In this document: positions 1-11,793 of the stretch, in pieces
How positions within the stretch are numbered: the stretch's first letter is position 1
Layout of the letters: each line of letters starts with the position of its first letter
Source: Alphaproteobacteria bacterium
Lineage (GTDB): Bacteria; Pseudomonadota; Alphaproteobacteria; VGEJ01
Direction: 5' to 3'
Length of the DNA stretch: 64,000 nt
Assembly (NCBI GenBank): GCA_965219135.1
Contig: CBDCMV010000003.1
Coordinates: 1,695,980 to 1,759,979, forward strand
Notes under the pieces: generated by a model
The model's input: only the letters and a program-made list of their open reading frames with translations
Told to the model about the DNA's origin: nothing
Database searches by the model: none
Made by a program: the position numbers and the translations under genes

Positions 1-123
1 GGCCAGGGCGGCGGCGTCGTAAGGATCGCCGCGGTCGCGCGCCGCCAGAATTTCAACCAGGTCGGCGGGGCGCGGCAGACTGCCGACGTGGCTGGTTAGA
101 ATGCGGGCTTCACTGCGTTGCAT
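1..123 (-). CDS. Cobalamin-independent methionine synthase II family protein, 5' part (runs off the window)
   Basis: Manual translation from ATG at 123: MQRSEARILTSHVGSLPRPADL, the typical N-terminal TxHVGSLPRP motif. Confidence 0.75.
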   Translation of the reverse strand, partial: MQRSEARILTSHVGSLPRPADLVEILAARDRGDPYDAAALA

Positions 124-199
124 GAGGTCCTGCGGGGTTGGATCGGCGCGCCGCGCGGCCGCGTTTGGCGCTTGCGGTCGCCGCTTGGGTCGCGCGCGA

Positions 200-769
200 T
201 CAGCCGCCGTTGGTGCGGACGCCGGTAGCGAAGCGGTGCCCGCTGTCGCCCTCGAAGAAGTGACTGTGCCGCAGATCGAAAGCGATCGACACCGGCTCGC
301 CAAGCCGGAGCTCGGGCTGCCCGGGAACCTGCGCCCGGATCAGGCGCTCGCCGACCATGACGTTGACGATCGTGAACGCGCCCAGGGGTTCGATCTGGTA
401 GATCTTGGCCGCGATCACGTCCTCGCCGGCGTGATCGTCGAGCCGGATGTCCTCGGGCCGGATGCCGATCATGGCGTCGCAATCGGGCTGGTCGGCGTCC
501 TCGGCGACGGCGATGCGCAGGGACGGTTCGGGGGCCTCGAAGTGCCCACCGGCGAAGCGGCCCTCGATCAAATTGATCGTCGGCGCGCCGACGAACTCGG
601 CGACGTAGCGGCTTTGCGGCCGGTTGTAGATCTCGTCGGGCGTGCCGATCTGTGCGACCCGGCCTTTTTCCATGATGCAGATGCGGTCGGCGACCGCGAG
701 ATCGAGGGCGTTGACGGCGATTGGAACGCCGAAGCGCTTGGTCAGGTTGTTCAGGCTAATCGTGGACAT
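200..769 (-). pseudogene. Sugar ABC transporter ATPase (MalK-like) with internal in-frame deletion
   Basis: N-terminus ISLNNLTKRFG..AVNALDLAVAD joins directly to ADRICIM..QIGTPDEIYNRP..FVG and a TOBE-like tail; Walker A, signature and Walker B are absent. Confidence 0.8.
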
Positions 770-794
770 CGGCCACTCTTCTTCACGCGCCTAT

Positions 795-1885
795 CTACAC
801 CGAGTCGGTCTGCATGGCGAGCCCCCAACCCCTAGAGGTCGGCACCGCGCATCGCTTCGTGAACTCGGCCTGGCGGATTGTCGGGGCAATGATCGTTAGG
901 GTCGGGTTGGCGGCGGCGCTGGTGGTGAACTGGCTGCCGTCGGACACGAACAGGTTGGCGACGTGGTGGCTCTGGCCGAACGCGTTCACCACCCCATGAT
1001 CGGGATCCGCGCTCATGCGGCAGGTGCCGAGGTTGTGTCCGGTCGGATAGGCCTCCCATTCGGTGATGGTCTGCGCGCCGGCCGCGTCGTAAATCGCGGT
1101 CGCCTGTTTCAGGTTGGCCGCGGCATCGGCGTAGAGCACGCCGCTGACCTTGCCCGCGGCATCATGGTGAATCTCCAGTGCCATCGCGTTGGCCCGCACC
1201 TCGTAGCGTCCCGTGGCCTCGGCCCGCGGAAACTCAGTATAGAGCGTCGACCATTTGGCGCCGGAGCGGCAGCCCTGAACGCAAAACCCGATTTGATCGC
1301 AGGCATTGCGTCCGTCGCGCGGAACTGGGTTGATCGCATAGTGGCCGGTGGAGACGTGCTGGTATCCCAGCCGGCGGGCACCGTGGGCCATCACCTTGAA
1401 GTTGTTGCTGCCCGAAAATAGGGGATGCCGTGGGTGCCGGTGTGACCCCCAACTCGCTCTCGGCCCGTTCGTAGTACGGCACCATATCCTCGAGGGTAAT
1501 CGGCCAGTCCATCAGCGTGGCGCCCGGAATCTCGCCATAGGTGGTGCGCGCTTGGAACTCTGTCGCCTTGAAGCGCGGGCAGGTGCCGGTCCAATGGACG
1601 GTGGAACCGCCGACCGCCTTGCACAGCCATGTCGGGGCGTCGGGATAGGCGCGCACCGACGGCCGTTGCCGGTGGCAACCCGTTTGTCGGGCCAGATCAG
1701 CCGTTCGGCCATCGTGTATTCGTCATTGACGAAGCTCTCCATCTCGATGCGCGGTTCGGCTTCCAAAACGACAACATCGATTCCCTTCTGGCAGAGCTCG
1801 TTGGCAAGGGTGCCGCCGCCGGCGCCGGAGCCGATGATGACGACAACCGAGTCATCGTCGTGGTCGTAGGTTACGGCGGCAACCT
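795..1885 (-). pseudogene. GMC oxidoreductase, frameshifted and internally deleted
   Basis: VVIIGSGAGGG (1512..1946 ORF), KAVGGSTVHW (1234..1656), CxQIGFCVQGC, HNLGTCRM and VSDGSQF..NPTLTI (795..1394) lie in three frames. Confidence 0.85.
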
Positions 1886-2579
1886 CGCCGTCTAGGTCAT
1901 CGCTGGGCGGGCTCATCCCTGGTACGCTCGGTTTTCGTCGACGCACGCCCCGGAGGGCGGGGGACCATAGCCGGCAACCTGCTTATCGATTCAGATGACG
2001 GCATCGAGACCACCGAAAAGCACCTCCACTATGCCAACTACTCGGGTGACGGTCCGAGCGCCTTCTCAGTACGATCGAGGTTGATCGGGTGGTGCTCTAC
2101 GGCGCGGCCAGCGACGAGGTGCGTGAGGGCTTGGCCGCCTTCAACCCGCGGTGCATGACTCAAATCGGAGGCTTCGCCCGTTGAGGCCGCGGCCGCCGGG
2201 ACCACACCTCACGCGCACGCATCGCTCGCGCCGCCGATGATAGCACCGATCACGTTGTGATCGACGGCGCGGCCAGGCGCCGCATCGCCGTGTCCCATGT
2301 TATCCCTCTTTACTCTTGGAGGCGACCAAACGGGTTAGCGAGTTGAGCGAAGCGCACCAATACCGGCAGGCGATTCCCTTTGCCTAAGAGGCCCTGGCGT
2401 TGGGCAAGTGGGAGTTCGGCTTATTGTTGTGGCGGTTGAACGCGACGCGGAGGCCGCTTCCCAAATCGATGTGGTTACTAATGCGTCGCCGCTGTACGCC
2501 GCATGAACACGATGGTGGCGGCCCGCGTCGCAGCGGGGCCGCAGGCAACGCAACCGCCTCTTCATGGCCCTTGCAAAGC

Positions 2580-3017
2580 TGGGCAGCGGGGACAACCGCT
2601 GACCCATGAATTGGTCGCCATCCTGAGACGCGAACGAGAAATGCGAGACGATAAAGATGACTGGATATTTCTTTCGCCACGGCCCAATGCAAGTCTCACC
2701 GGCCATCGTATCGCATGGGCAAGCCATTTCGTCGCGCGGCCATTGTCGCTGGGCTCGATCCCGACGTGGTGACGCCACACGTCATGCGCCATACGGCCTT
2801 TGCCCGGTTGGTTCAGGCTGGCGTCGATCTTCCTACAATCCAGAAGATCAGCGGCCACAAGACACGAGCCATGGTGCTGCGATACACCCACGTCCACGGG
2901 CAGCACATCGACCGTGCGATCAACGCGATAGGAACCGCGATTCCAGAACTGGCCGAGAACAAAAGCGCTGGCACGGCTACACAGGAATTACACATTCTCG
3001 CCAGCCGTCGAGAATAG
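2580..3017 (+). pseudogene. Tyrosine integrase, C-terminal fragment
   Basis: TPHVMRHT...SGHK..MVLRYTH = HxxR, H and catalytic Y; the upstream part is frameshifted; lies near the tRNA-Phe 3' end. Confidence 0.8.
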
Positions 3018-3048
3018 CGACTGTATTCGAACACCCGCAATCGTTTGA

Positions 3049-4281
3049 AAGGCTTATCCCTCTGAACCCGGTTTGACGACATGTTGGGTTTGCGGTTGCC
3101 ATCGGCGGAATGTTCGCTTAATGTTCTGTCATGCCCAGCCGCTGGAAATACGATCGCCCGATGTCCCGCGCCGCCTTCGAGGCGCGCTTTCCCGATGAAG
3201 CCTCCCGCGCCCGGCATCTTGCAGCCAAGCGCTGGCCCGACGGCTTCGTCTGCCCCGCCTGCGGCCATGACAGGGGCTGGGAACTGAAGCGTCGCCGGGC
3301 GAGCTGGGAATGTGCGGCCTGCGGGAAGGAGACTTCGGTGACCGCGGGCACGATCATGCACCGCAGCCACTTGCCCCTGAAGACCTGGTTCATGGCCGTT
3401 CACATCGTGACCAGCCACTCGAACGGTATCTCCGCCCTGCAACTCCAGGCCCAGCTCGGGCTCGGCAGTTACAAGAGTGCCTGGCTCCTGCTGCACAAGC
3501 TGCGCCGTGCCATGGTTGATCCGGATCGCAGCCTGCTTGAGGACCTGGTCGAGATCGATGAGGCCACCCTACCGTTCCGCACCGTAAAAGACCCGACCAC
3601 AGGCGGGCAAGGTCGCAGCCGGCAAGGCAAGATGCGCATTGCTGGCGCGGTCGAGCTATCGCCCGAGGGCGAGCCACGTCGCATCCGGCTGGCGCCGATC
3701 GGGGATTTCTCCGCGCGCAGCCTTCATGCCTTCGTTGCCGGGACCTCGGCGCCGGGCGCGCGGGTAATCACCGATGGCTGGAGCGGTTATCCTGGCCTGC
3801 CCGACCACGACCACCAGCCCAAGGTCGTCGGTGCAACGCCCGCCCATCTCGTGCTGATCTGGATCCATCGTGTGTTCTCGAACCTGAAGCGCTGGGCGCT
3901 CGGAACCTTCCATGGCCTGCGCCGCGCCCATCTGCGCCGCTATCTCGACGAGTTCGTGTTCCGCTGGAACCGCCGCCGCCACACCGCAACGGCCTTCGAC
4001 ACCCTGCTCGGCATCGGCACGCGCCTCCGACCCGCCGACTACCGCGACATCGTCGGACAACGCGGCTGATCCCGGCAGGCCGGGCGCCAGCCACCGCCCG
4101 CCCTCCGATCCGCCTCAATCGGGGCCGAATACCGGCCCTCCAGCCTGCCTGACAGCACTCGAAACCTACTTCCCCAAGGCCAAAAGCTCCCGCACATCGC
4201 CAGGCACGGTCCAAGAACCGTGCCTGGAACGTAGAAGGCCGATCAACATCTGGTGTGACCGGAAGCAAAGGGAGAAGCCTT
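3049..4281 (+). mobile_element. IS1595-family (ISXO2-like) element, copy 1
   Basis: Ends AAGGCTTATCCCTCTG / CAAAGGGAGAAGCCTT form an imperfect IR; near-identical to 11885..13116; no target duplication seen. Confidence 0.9.
3131..4069 (+). CDS. IS1595-family transposase
   Basis: Zn ribbon CPAC..CAAC, VEIDE, ITDGW, YLDEFVFRWNRR. Confidence 0.9.
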   Translation: MPSRWKYDRPMSRAAFEARFPDEASRARHLAAKRWPDGFVCPACGHDRGWELKRRRASWECAACGKETSVTAGTIMHRSHLPLKTWFMAVHIVTSHSNGISALQLQAQLGLGSYKSAWLLLHKLRRAMVDPDRSLLEDLVEIDEATLPFRTVKDPTTGGQGRSRQGKMRIAGAVELSPEGEPRRIRLAPIGDFSARSLHAFVAGTSAPGARVITDGWSGYPGLPDHDHQPKVVGATPAHLVLIWIHRVFSNLKRWALGTFHGLRRAHLRRYLDEFVFRWNRRRHTATAFDTLLGIGTRLRPADYRDIVGQRG

Positions 4282-4306
4282 TTATTGATTTCATTGGAAG
4301 AAAGCG

Positions 4307-4382
4307 TGGTGCCCAGGGGCGGAGTTGAACCACCGACACCCGGATTTTCAGTCCGGTGCTCTACCAACTGAGCTACCTGGGC
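4307..4382 (-). tRNA. tRNA-Phe(GAA)
   Basis: GCCCAGGTAGCTCAGTTGGTAGAGCA CCGGA CT GAA AA TCCGG ... GGTTCAACTCC..CCTGGGCACCA; 76-nt cloverleaf with CCA. Confidence 0.97.
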
Positions 4383-4573
4383 CCACACGACGGCGACGCC
4401 TTCGGGCCATTCCGAGGCGCCGGGGTTATAGGGAAATTGGCGCGACCTGTCCAGCCGAGGCGCGGCCTGGCAAGCCCCTACCGCGTCGTGCGTAATCCCA
4501 ATTCCTGCCCCGTCGCTCCGGCGCGTTCGCGCGCCAGCCGTGCCGGCCACGGCGGATGGGCTGGGCGTGAGCC

Positions 4574-5167
4574 TCATCGACCCTCTCCCGTCCGATAACC
4601 AAGCCCGGACAACAACGCCACCGTTTCCAACAGCGGCAGTCCGACCACGTTGGTATACGAACCGCTGATGCTCCTAATCAGCGCCGCCGCGCGCCCTTGA
4701 ACGGCGTAGCCGCCGGCCTTGCCGCGCCACTCGCCGCTCCGCAGATAGCCCTGCAGCTCGCCCTTGCTCAGGCGCTTGAACGCCACCGTCGTGCTGGTCA
4801 CCCGGCTGCGGCTTACCGTATCGGGCGCGTGCACCGCGATGCTGGTGTGCACGCGGTGGCGTCGCCCCGACAGCAACTCGAGGCAAGCGCGCGCGGCCGC
4901 TTCATCCTCGGCCTTCGGCAGTTGGCGGCGTCCGCGCGCGACCACCGTGTCGGCGCCCAGCACGAAGGCGTCCGGGTGCGCTCGTGCCACCGCCGCCGAC
5001 TTGGCATGGGCCAGGCGTCGGGCGGTCGCGATCGCCAGCTCGCCGGCGCGCGGCGTCTCGTCGATGTCGGCGGAGGCGACGAGGTCGGGTTCGATGCCCG
5101 CCTGGCGCAACAGCTCAAGCCGGCGCGGCGAGGCCGAGGCCAGCACCAGCCGCCGGCGCGCAGCCAC
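4574..5167 (-). CDS. maf: Maf family nucleoside triphosphate pyrophosphatase
   Basis: LVLASASPRRLELL, IDET, LGADTVV, KAGGYAVQG, NVVGLP. Confidence 0.95.
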   Translation of the reverse strand: MAARRRLVLASASPRRLELLRQAGIEPDLVASADIDETPRAGELAIATARRLAHAKSAAVARAHPDAFVLGADTVVARGRRQLPKAEDEAAARACLELLSGRRHRVHTSIAVHAPDTVSRSRVTSTTVAFKRLSKGELQGYLRSGEWRGKAGGYAVQGRAAALIRSISGSYTNVVGLPLLETVALLSGLGYRTGEGR

Positions 5168-5182
5168 GTCTACCCCAACCCC

Positions 5183-5401
5183 CTACTTGAAACGGAAGGT
5201 GATCCGGCCCTTGCTCAAATCGTACGGCGTCATCTCGACCAGCACCCGGTCGCCGGTCAACACGCGAATGCGGTGCTTGCGCATTCGCCCCGCGGTATGG
5301 GCCAGCACCTCGTGGTCGTTGTCCAAGACGACACGGAACATCGCGTTGGGTAGCAACTCCTTGACGACGCCAGGAAACTCCAGCAGTTCTTCCTTGGCCA
5401 C
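5183..5401 (-). CDS. infA: Translation initiation factor IF-1
   Basis: GTG start at 5401: [24 protein letters not shown]...[15 protein letters not shown], 72 aa. Confidence 0.97.
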   Translation of the reverse strand: MAKEELLEFPGVVKELLPNAMFRVVLDNDHEVLAHTAGRMRKHRIRVLTGDRVLVEMTPYDLSKGRITFRFK

Positions 5402-5492
5402 TCGCGCTCCTTTTGCCGGTTGGCGTGCCGCAACATGCGCGACCGTGCCGCCAAAATCAAGGCGGGCAAGGCGGCAGCCGTTGCCCCGCCCC

Positions 5493-6830
5493 TCAGCCCC
5501 CGCCGCTCGAGCCGAAACGGACGCGCACCGAGTGCGCGTGTCCGTCCAGCCCTTCGGCCTCGGCAAGCGCGACCGCCGCCGGACCGATCTCCGCCAATCC
5601 GGCGGCCTCGCACCCGATCAGCGTCGTCCGTTTGAGAAAGTCGAACACCGACAAACCCGAGGCGAATCGCGCGGCGCCCGCCGTTGGCAGGACGTGACTC
5701 GGGCCGGCCACGTAATCGCCAAGCGCCTCGGGCGCGTGGCGCCCTAAGAAAATCGCGCCGGCATTGCCGACCGCCGCCGCAAGAGCGCGTGGCTCGGCGA
5801 CCGCCAGCTCGAGGTGCTCGGGCGCGATGCGGTCGACGAGTGCCGGCGCCTGGTCGAGCGATCCGACCACGATCACCGCCCCGTTTTGCCGCCAACTCGC
5901 GCGCGCGATTTCCGCCCGCGGCAGCGCGTCGAGTTGGCCGGTGACCGCCTTCTCCAGGCGGGTGGCGAAACCGCGGTCATCGGTAATGGCGATGGCCTGC
6001 GCCCGGGCGTCGTGCTCGGCCTGAGCTAAAAGATCGGCCGCGATCCACGCCGGCTCGTTGGCGGCATCGGCGACGATCACCACCTCCGAGGGCCCGGCTA
6101 CGGCATCGATCCCGACGTCGCCGAAGACTTGGCGCTTGGCTTCGGCGACGTAGACGTTACCGGGGCCGACGATCTTGTCGACCGCCGGGAGGCTCGCGCT
6201 GCCGTAAGCGAGCGCGGCGATGGCGTGGGCGCCACCGAGGGCGTAGACCTCGTCGACGCCGCACCGCATGGCCGCGGCGGCGACCAGCGGATGGGGCTCG
6301 CCATCCGCCATGGGCGTCGTCATGGCGATCCGCTCTACGCCGGCGACTCGTGCGGGCAGCGCCGCCATCAGGACCGAACTCGGGTACGCCGCGGTGCCGC
6401 CCGGCACGTAGACGCCGACGGCCTCGAGCGCGGTCCAGCGCCAGCCCAGTTCGATTCCCGCGTCGTCGGTGAAACCCACGTCCTCGGGCAGCTGGCGGCG
6501 GTGGAAGCTCTCGATCCGCGCGGCGGCCAGTTCGAGGGCGGCAAGGGCGGGCTCGGGCGCCTTGCTTGCCGCACGCTCGATCGCGGCGCCGGCGATACGG
6601 AACCCCTCACCGCCAGGCGGGCGGCCGTCGAACGTGGCGGCATACTCCGCGATGGCCGCGTCGCCGCGCGCGCGAACGTCGGCCACCACCGCCGCCACCT
6701 CGGCCGTCACCGGGGTCGCCGCCGCGCGCCGGCCCGAGATCAGCGCCTCGAAGGCCGCCTCGAACCCCGGATCGTGGTTGTCCAGCCGGGTCGTGGTGCT
6801 GCTCCCAATGGCCGGGGCGCGCTCAGGCAT
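5493..6830 (-). CDS. hisD: Histidinol dehydrogenase
   Basis: [62 protein letters not shown]. Confidence 0.97.
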   Translation of the reverse strand: MPERAPAIGSSTTTRLDNHDPGFEAAFEALISGRRAAATPVTAEVAAVVADVRARGDAAIAEYAATFDGRPPGGEGFRIAGAAIERAASKAPEPALAALELAAARIESFHRRQLPEDVGFTDDAGIELGWRWTALEAVGVYVPGGTAAYPSSVLMAALPARVAGVERIAMTTPMADGEPHPLVAAAAMRCGVDEVYALGGAHAIAALAYGSASLPAVDKIVGPGNVYVAEAKRQVFGDVGIDAVAGPSEVVIVADAANEPAWIAADLLAQAEHDARAQAIAITDDRGFATRLEKAVTGQLDALPRAEIARASWRQNGAVIVVGSLDQAPALVDRIAPEHLELAVAEPRALAAAVGNAGAIFLGRHAPEALGDYVAGPSHVLPTAGAARFASGLSVFDFLKRTTLIGCEAAGLAEIGPAAVALAEAEGLDGHAHSVRVRFGSSGGG

Positions 6831-7305
6831 CGCCGAGTTCGTCGTGGCTCGGCAGCCGCGGCGTCGGCCAAGGCGTGCTGATGTCGCTCAGCCGGCAATC
6901 GATGCACTCGGCCTCCAGCCGCACCAAGCCGGCGCCCGCGAACACTAGCGTAATGGTCGCGGCGCCGCCGTCGCGCGGTTCGCACGCGATGGTCAAGAGC
7001 TCGAGGATCTGGTCAGGGTTGGACGGATCCAGCCCGGAAAGCCGAGCCGACAGCACGCCGTCGAAGTGAAGGCCCGCGCGCACCCGCTGGTGGCCCGTTT
7101 CGGCAACCGACCTCTGGTCGGCGGCGCCATTGGGCTCGCGCTCCCAACGAAATCGGTTGACCACCGCGGCAAAACGGCGGGCGCGCGCGGAATAGGTCAT
7201 TTCGCCGAGCCGGGTGACCGAGTCCTGCAGAACCGAGGCCACCACCGCCAGGTCCTCGGCGTCTAGCGCCGTGAGCCGCAGGCCTTGCTTGTCGTTGCCG
7301 TCCAT
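6823..7305 (-). CDS. DUF2948 family protein
   Basis: [18 protein letters not shown]..NRFRWE..LEAECID.LSD; conserved position between murA and hisD in Alphaproteobacteria. Confidence 0.85.
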   Translation of the reverse strand: MDGNDKQGLRLTALDAEDLAVVASVLQDSVTRLGEMTYSARARRFAAVVNRFRWEREPNGAADQRSVAETGHQRVRAGLHFDGVLSARLSGLDPSNPDQILELLTIACEPRDGGAATITLVFAGAGLVRLEAECIDCRLSDISTPWPTPRLPSHDELGDA

Positions 7306-7316
7306 GGACGCCGGTC

Positions 7317-8603
<1,287 letters not shown>

Positions 8604-8788
8604 GGTCTACGCGCCGACGGTCCTCGCCGTGCGGCGGCCTGGCGGAAGGGCGGACGCCGACGACGTTTCGCAAGATGGCTGCGGCCTCACCGCGGAATCG
8701 TTCCCAGATTGTTGCGCCGCCGGACACGACGCCGGCGCGGCCGTTGTACTCGATGGCCGACGCGGGCTCAAGCGCAGCCGGCGCAGGC

Positions 8789-8950
8789 CTAGCGACCCGG
8801 CCTGTCGTCTTTCGGCGTGGTCTCGCCGTCGGGTCGGGCTCGCGCCTGGAGCCTTCGTTTGCGAAGGTTCTCTCGCAGCGCCGCCGCGCTGCGCTCGTCG
8901 CGCTCGCGCTTGGCGCGTGGCTTGTCGCGTCCGGTGTGCGCCCGCTTCAC
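8789..8950 (-). CDS. Small basic protein upstream of murA (53 aa, below the ORF-track cutoff)
   Basis: GTG start after AGGA: MKRAHTGRDKPRAKRERDERSAAALRENLRKRRLQARAR...; resembles the AALRENLRRRK peptides I recall at this locus in Alphaproteobacteria. Confidence 0.6.
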   Translation of the reverse strand: MKRAHTGRDKPRAKRERDERSAAALRENLRKRRLQARARPDGETTPKDDRPGR

Positions 8951-9193
8951 GGCACCGTTCCTACCGACTCACTTGCTTGTCGCCGGCCCCGGTTTCACGG
9001 GTTGCGTGTACCGGCGCCGCTCCATGATGCACAGTGGTAGGGCACGCTGCGGGGCCGCGTCAACGGGCGCGCCTGCGAATAGGCAGTGAACTGATCCAAA
9101 TCAAAGATACGCGCCGGCAGGCGCCGTGTGGCCGGCCGCGGCGGTGGCGCCTCGCATGAAAACCGTTGTAATCTGCGCCGTCCTCGGCCCATC

Positions 9194-9268
<75 letters not shown>

Positions 9269-9287
9269 TCATCGGCGCCCACGGGTT

Positions 9288-10272
9288 TCAGCCCGCGGCG
9301 CTCGTGATGTCGGCGGCGGAGACCCCATCTCCGCTGACTTCGGCGATCGCGGTGTAGCCTGGATCGGAGGCCTCGGAGTCGTAGTAGAGCAGCCTCCCCG
9401 GCTCGCCGTCGCCACCGGCATCGTAAACGAACGAAGTCTCCTGCGGCGCCGCGGCCTCGTCGAACTCGGCGAACACGACGTTGCCATCGTCGTCGAAGGC
9501 GCCGGCGAACTCGTCAGCGTCAAAGACGAAGCTGTCCTTACCGCTATCGAAATCGGTAATGAAATCGCCACCCTCCGTGAGACTGTTGTACTCGAACTGG
9601 TCCTTGCCCGCGCCGCCGGTCAACGTATCCGCGCCAACGCCGCCTGAGAGGATATCGTCGCCCGATCCGCCGACGATCGCGTCGTCGCCGGAATCTCCAT
9701 AGAGCACATCATCGCCCTTGTCGCCGAACATCGTATCGTCGTCGGCGCCGCCGCGAAGCGTGTCGTCACCCTCGCCGCCCCGGAGTACGTCATCGCCGGA
9801 CGCGCCAGAAAGCGTGTCCCTATCGGCGCCACCGGTTATCGTGTCGTTCCCGGCGCCGCCGTAGAGGGTGTCAACACCTTCGCCGCCGCTGAGGGTATCG
9901 TCCCCGATGCCACCGTCGAGCGCGTCGCGGCCTTCGCCACCGACCAGGGTGTCGTTGCCGTCGTAGCCGAAAAGCATGTCCCCGCCCTTGCCGCCGGTGA
10001 GCGTGTCATTCCCGTCGCCACCTACCAGAAGATCGGTGCCATCGCCGCCATCGATGATGTCATCGCCGGCCATGCCGTACAGGAAGTCGACACCATCGTT
10101 TCCGGTCAGCGTGTCTGCGCCGTCACCACCGCGCAGCGTGTCGTTACCCTTGCCGCCGTCGAGCGTGTCGTTGTCGGCGCCGCCGTAGAGCCTGTCCGCG
10201 CCGCCGCCGCCATCGAGGGTGTCGTTTTCGTCACCCCCGTAGAGGATATCCGCGTCGCCGCCTTCGCCGCGC
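9288..10272 (-). pseudogene. RTX-type (GGxGxDxLx) calcium-binding repeat protein, 5'-truncated
   Basis: More than 20 tandem nonapeptides such as GGDGADTLT and GGAGNDTIT, then a DFITDF C-terminal region; the 5' end abuts the DUF1156 gene. Confidence 0.85.
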
Positions 10273-11754
10273 TCAGGCTCCAGTTGCATTTCCAAGGGGA
10301 TTCGTTTCTGCGTAATCCCACAGCATCGGAATTGCTTGGCGCCCAAAAATATGTTGCGCTTTCTCGCCGACTGGGTTCCAGCGAACAAGGCTGTTTCCTG
10401 ACATTGCTACGCGATCAATAGCAAACGCCAAATACACGCTCACCGCCTCGGCATAGGCTTTGGCGCCAGTACCACCGTCGCGCAGCGGGGTTGGGTCGCC
10501 GGAAAGGCCCGCGGCCAGCGCATCGCCCTCAATCTCGGCCCGCGCCTCGTGCATCAGGTCGCTGAACGTGTTCAGCGCCACGAGCTGGCGGTCGGTGAAC
10601 AGGTCGCCGAAGGTGGTCATGCCGTAGTCGGGCGGCGAGAACCAGCGCGGGTTATCCGGTTGGAGTGTTTCCGGCTTCCATGCGGGCGTTGCTGAAAGTG
10701 CGATCTGCGCATGATCGCCCGTCGGCTCGACATAAATACGTCCCCGCTTTCCTTCGGCGACGATGGCGATCAGGGTTTGCCCCATATTGCCACCCCTGCC
10801 ACTGGCCTTCACATAGGCCGGCGTGATCGCTGTATCGGACAACAGGCACCGGAAATTCGCACCCCGCCCGGCCTTCGTTCCCACCTTGGCCGCCGCTATC
10901 TCCTCTTTCGTGCCACCCTTGCGGATGCGATAAGAGATCGTCTTCGCGGCTTTGTCCACGATGGGCTCGATCCATGCTTCCTTGCCTGCCTTGGAACTCA
11001 GCAGGAAACTCGACGCGATGGGCACCTGCACATTCCCGAATGCCGGGTCCGGGCTGGGTACTGTGCGTGACCATATCCAGGCGATCACAGTTGCCTTGCC
11101 GCCGCCATTTTCCTTCGGCAGGTCCACTTGCGGGTATAGATGGCCGATGCGTTCGAACGCCCATTCGCGCATCCATTCGCCGTAATATTTCACATCCTCG
11201 GCAAGGCCTTCGGCATTGCGGTAGTGGTTCCGGTCCCTGGTACCCTGATGCACCGGCTCCCGGTCCTTGAACTTCGGCGGAATCTCGATCATCGCCTTGC
11301 AGATCATCACCGCGACGGGATTCAGATCACTGCCGTAGGCGGGCAAGCCCAGACGCTGCGCTTCCAGCGGGATCGAGCCCCCGCCCGAGAACGGATCGTA
11401 AATCGGCGGTAATGTATTGCCGCAGCTCTTGCGGATCTCCGCGCGGGCGCAATCCAGCACCTCCGAGTTGGTTGAGTTCTCCCAAACCACCAGGTCCTCG
11501 ATGATCTTGAAGAGCCTTATGCGCTCTTCATCCACGGCCTCCGCGGTCGGGAACTCGTCGGGGTGGCTGGAGGGATCGTCGACAAGCTGCGCGAACAGCA
11601 CCGCCCGGCACGCCGCCAGCGGCCGCCGCGCCCACCACAGATGCAGCGTGGAGGGATGCCCATGACGGATGGATTTTTCCCGCGCCGAAGCGGCGTTGAT
11701 CGCCTCCAGCGGAATAGCGATCTCGATGAGTTTTCTGTTGCCGGTTTGGGTCAT
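10273..11754 (-). pseudogene. DUF1156 adenine DNA methylase, C-terminally truncated
   Basis: KLIEIAIPL..REKSIRHGHPSTLHLWWARRPLAACRA, DPFSGGGSIPLEA..SDLNP; stops at 493 aa before the expected catalytic DPPY region. Confidence 0.88.
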
Positions 11755-11793
11755 GCGGGTTTTTCTTTCTTGCGGACCATCGCCATCGGCCGG

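Noticed and set aside
5402-5566. N-terminal extension of the 127-aa infA ORF
   Set aside because: Overlaps hisD; canonical IF-1 starts at GTG 5401
9600-10260. 27-bp periodic repeats that could be taken for a CRISPR or DNA repeat array
   Set aside because: They are degenerate and encode RTX nonapeptides; there is no constant repeat with unique spacers and no cas genes
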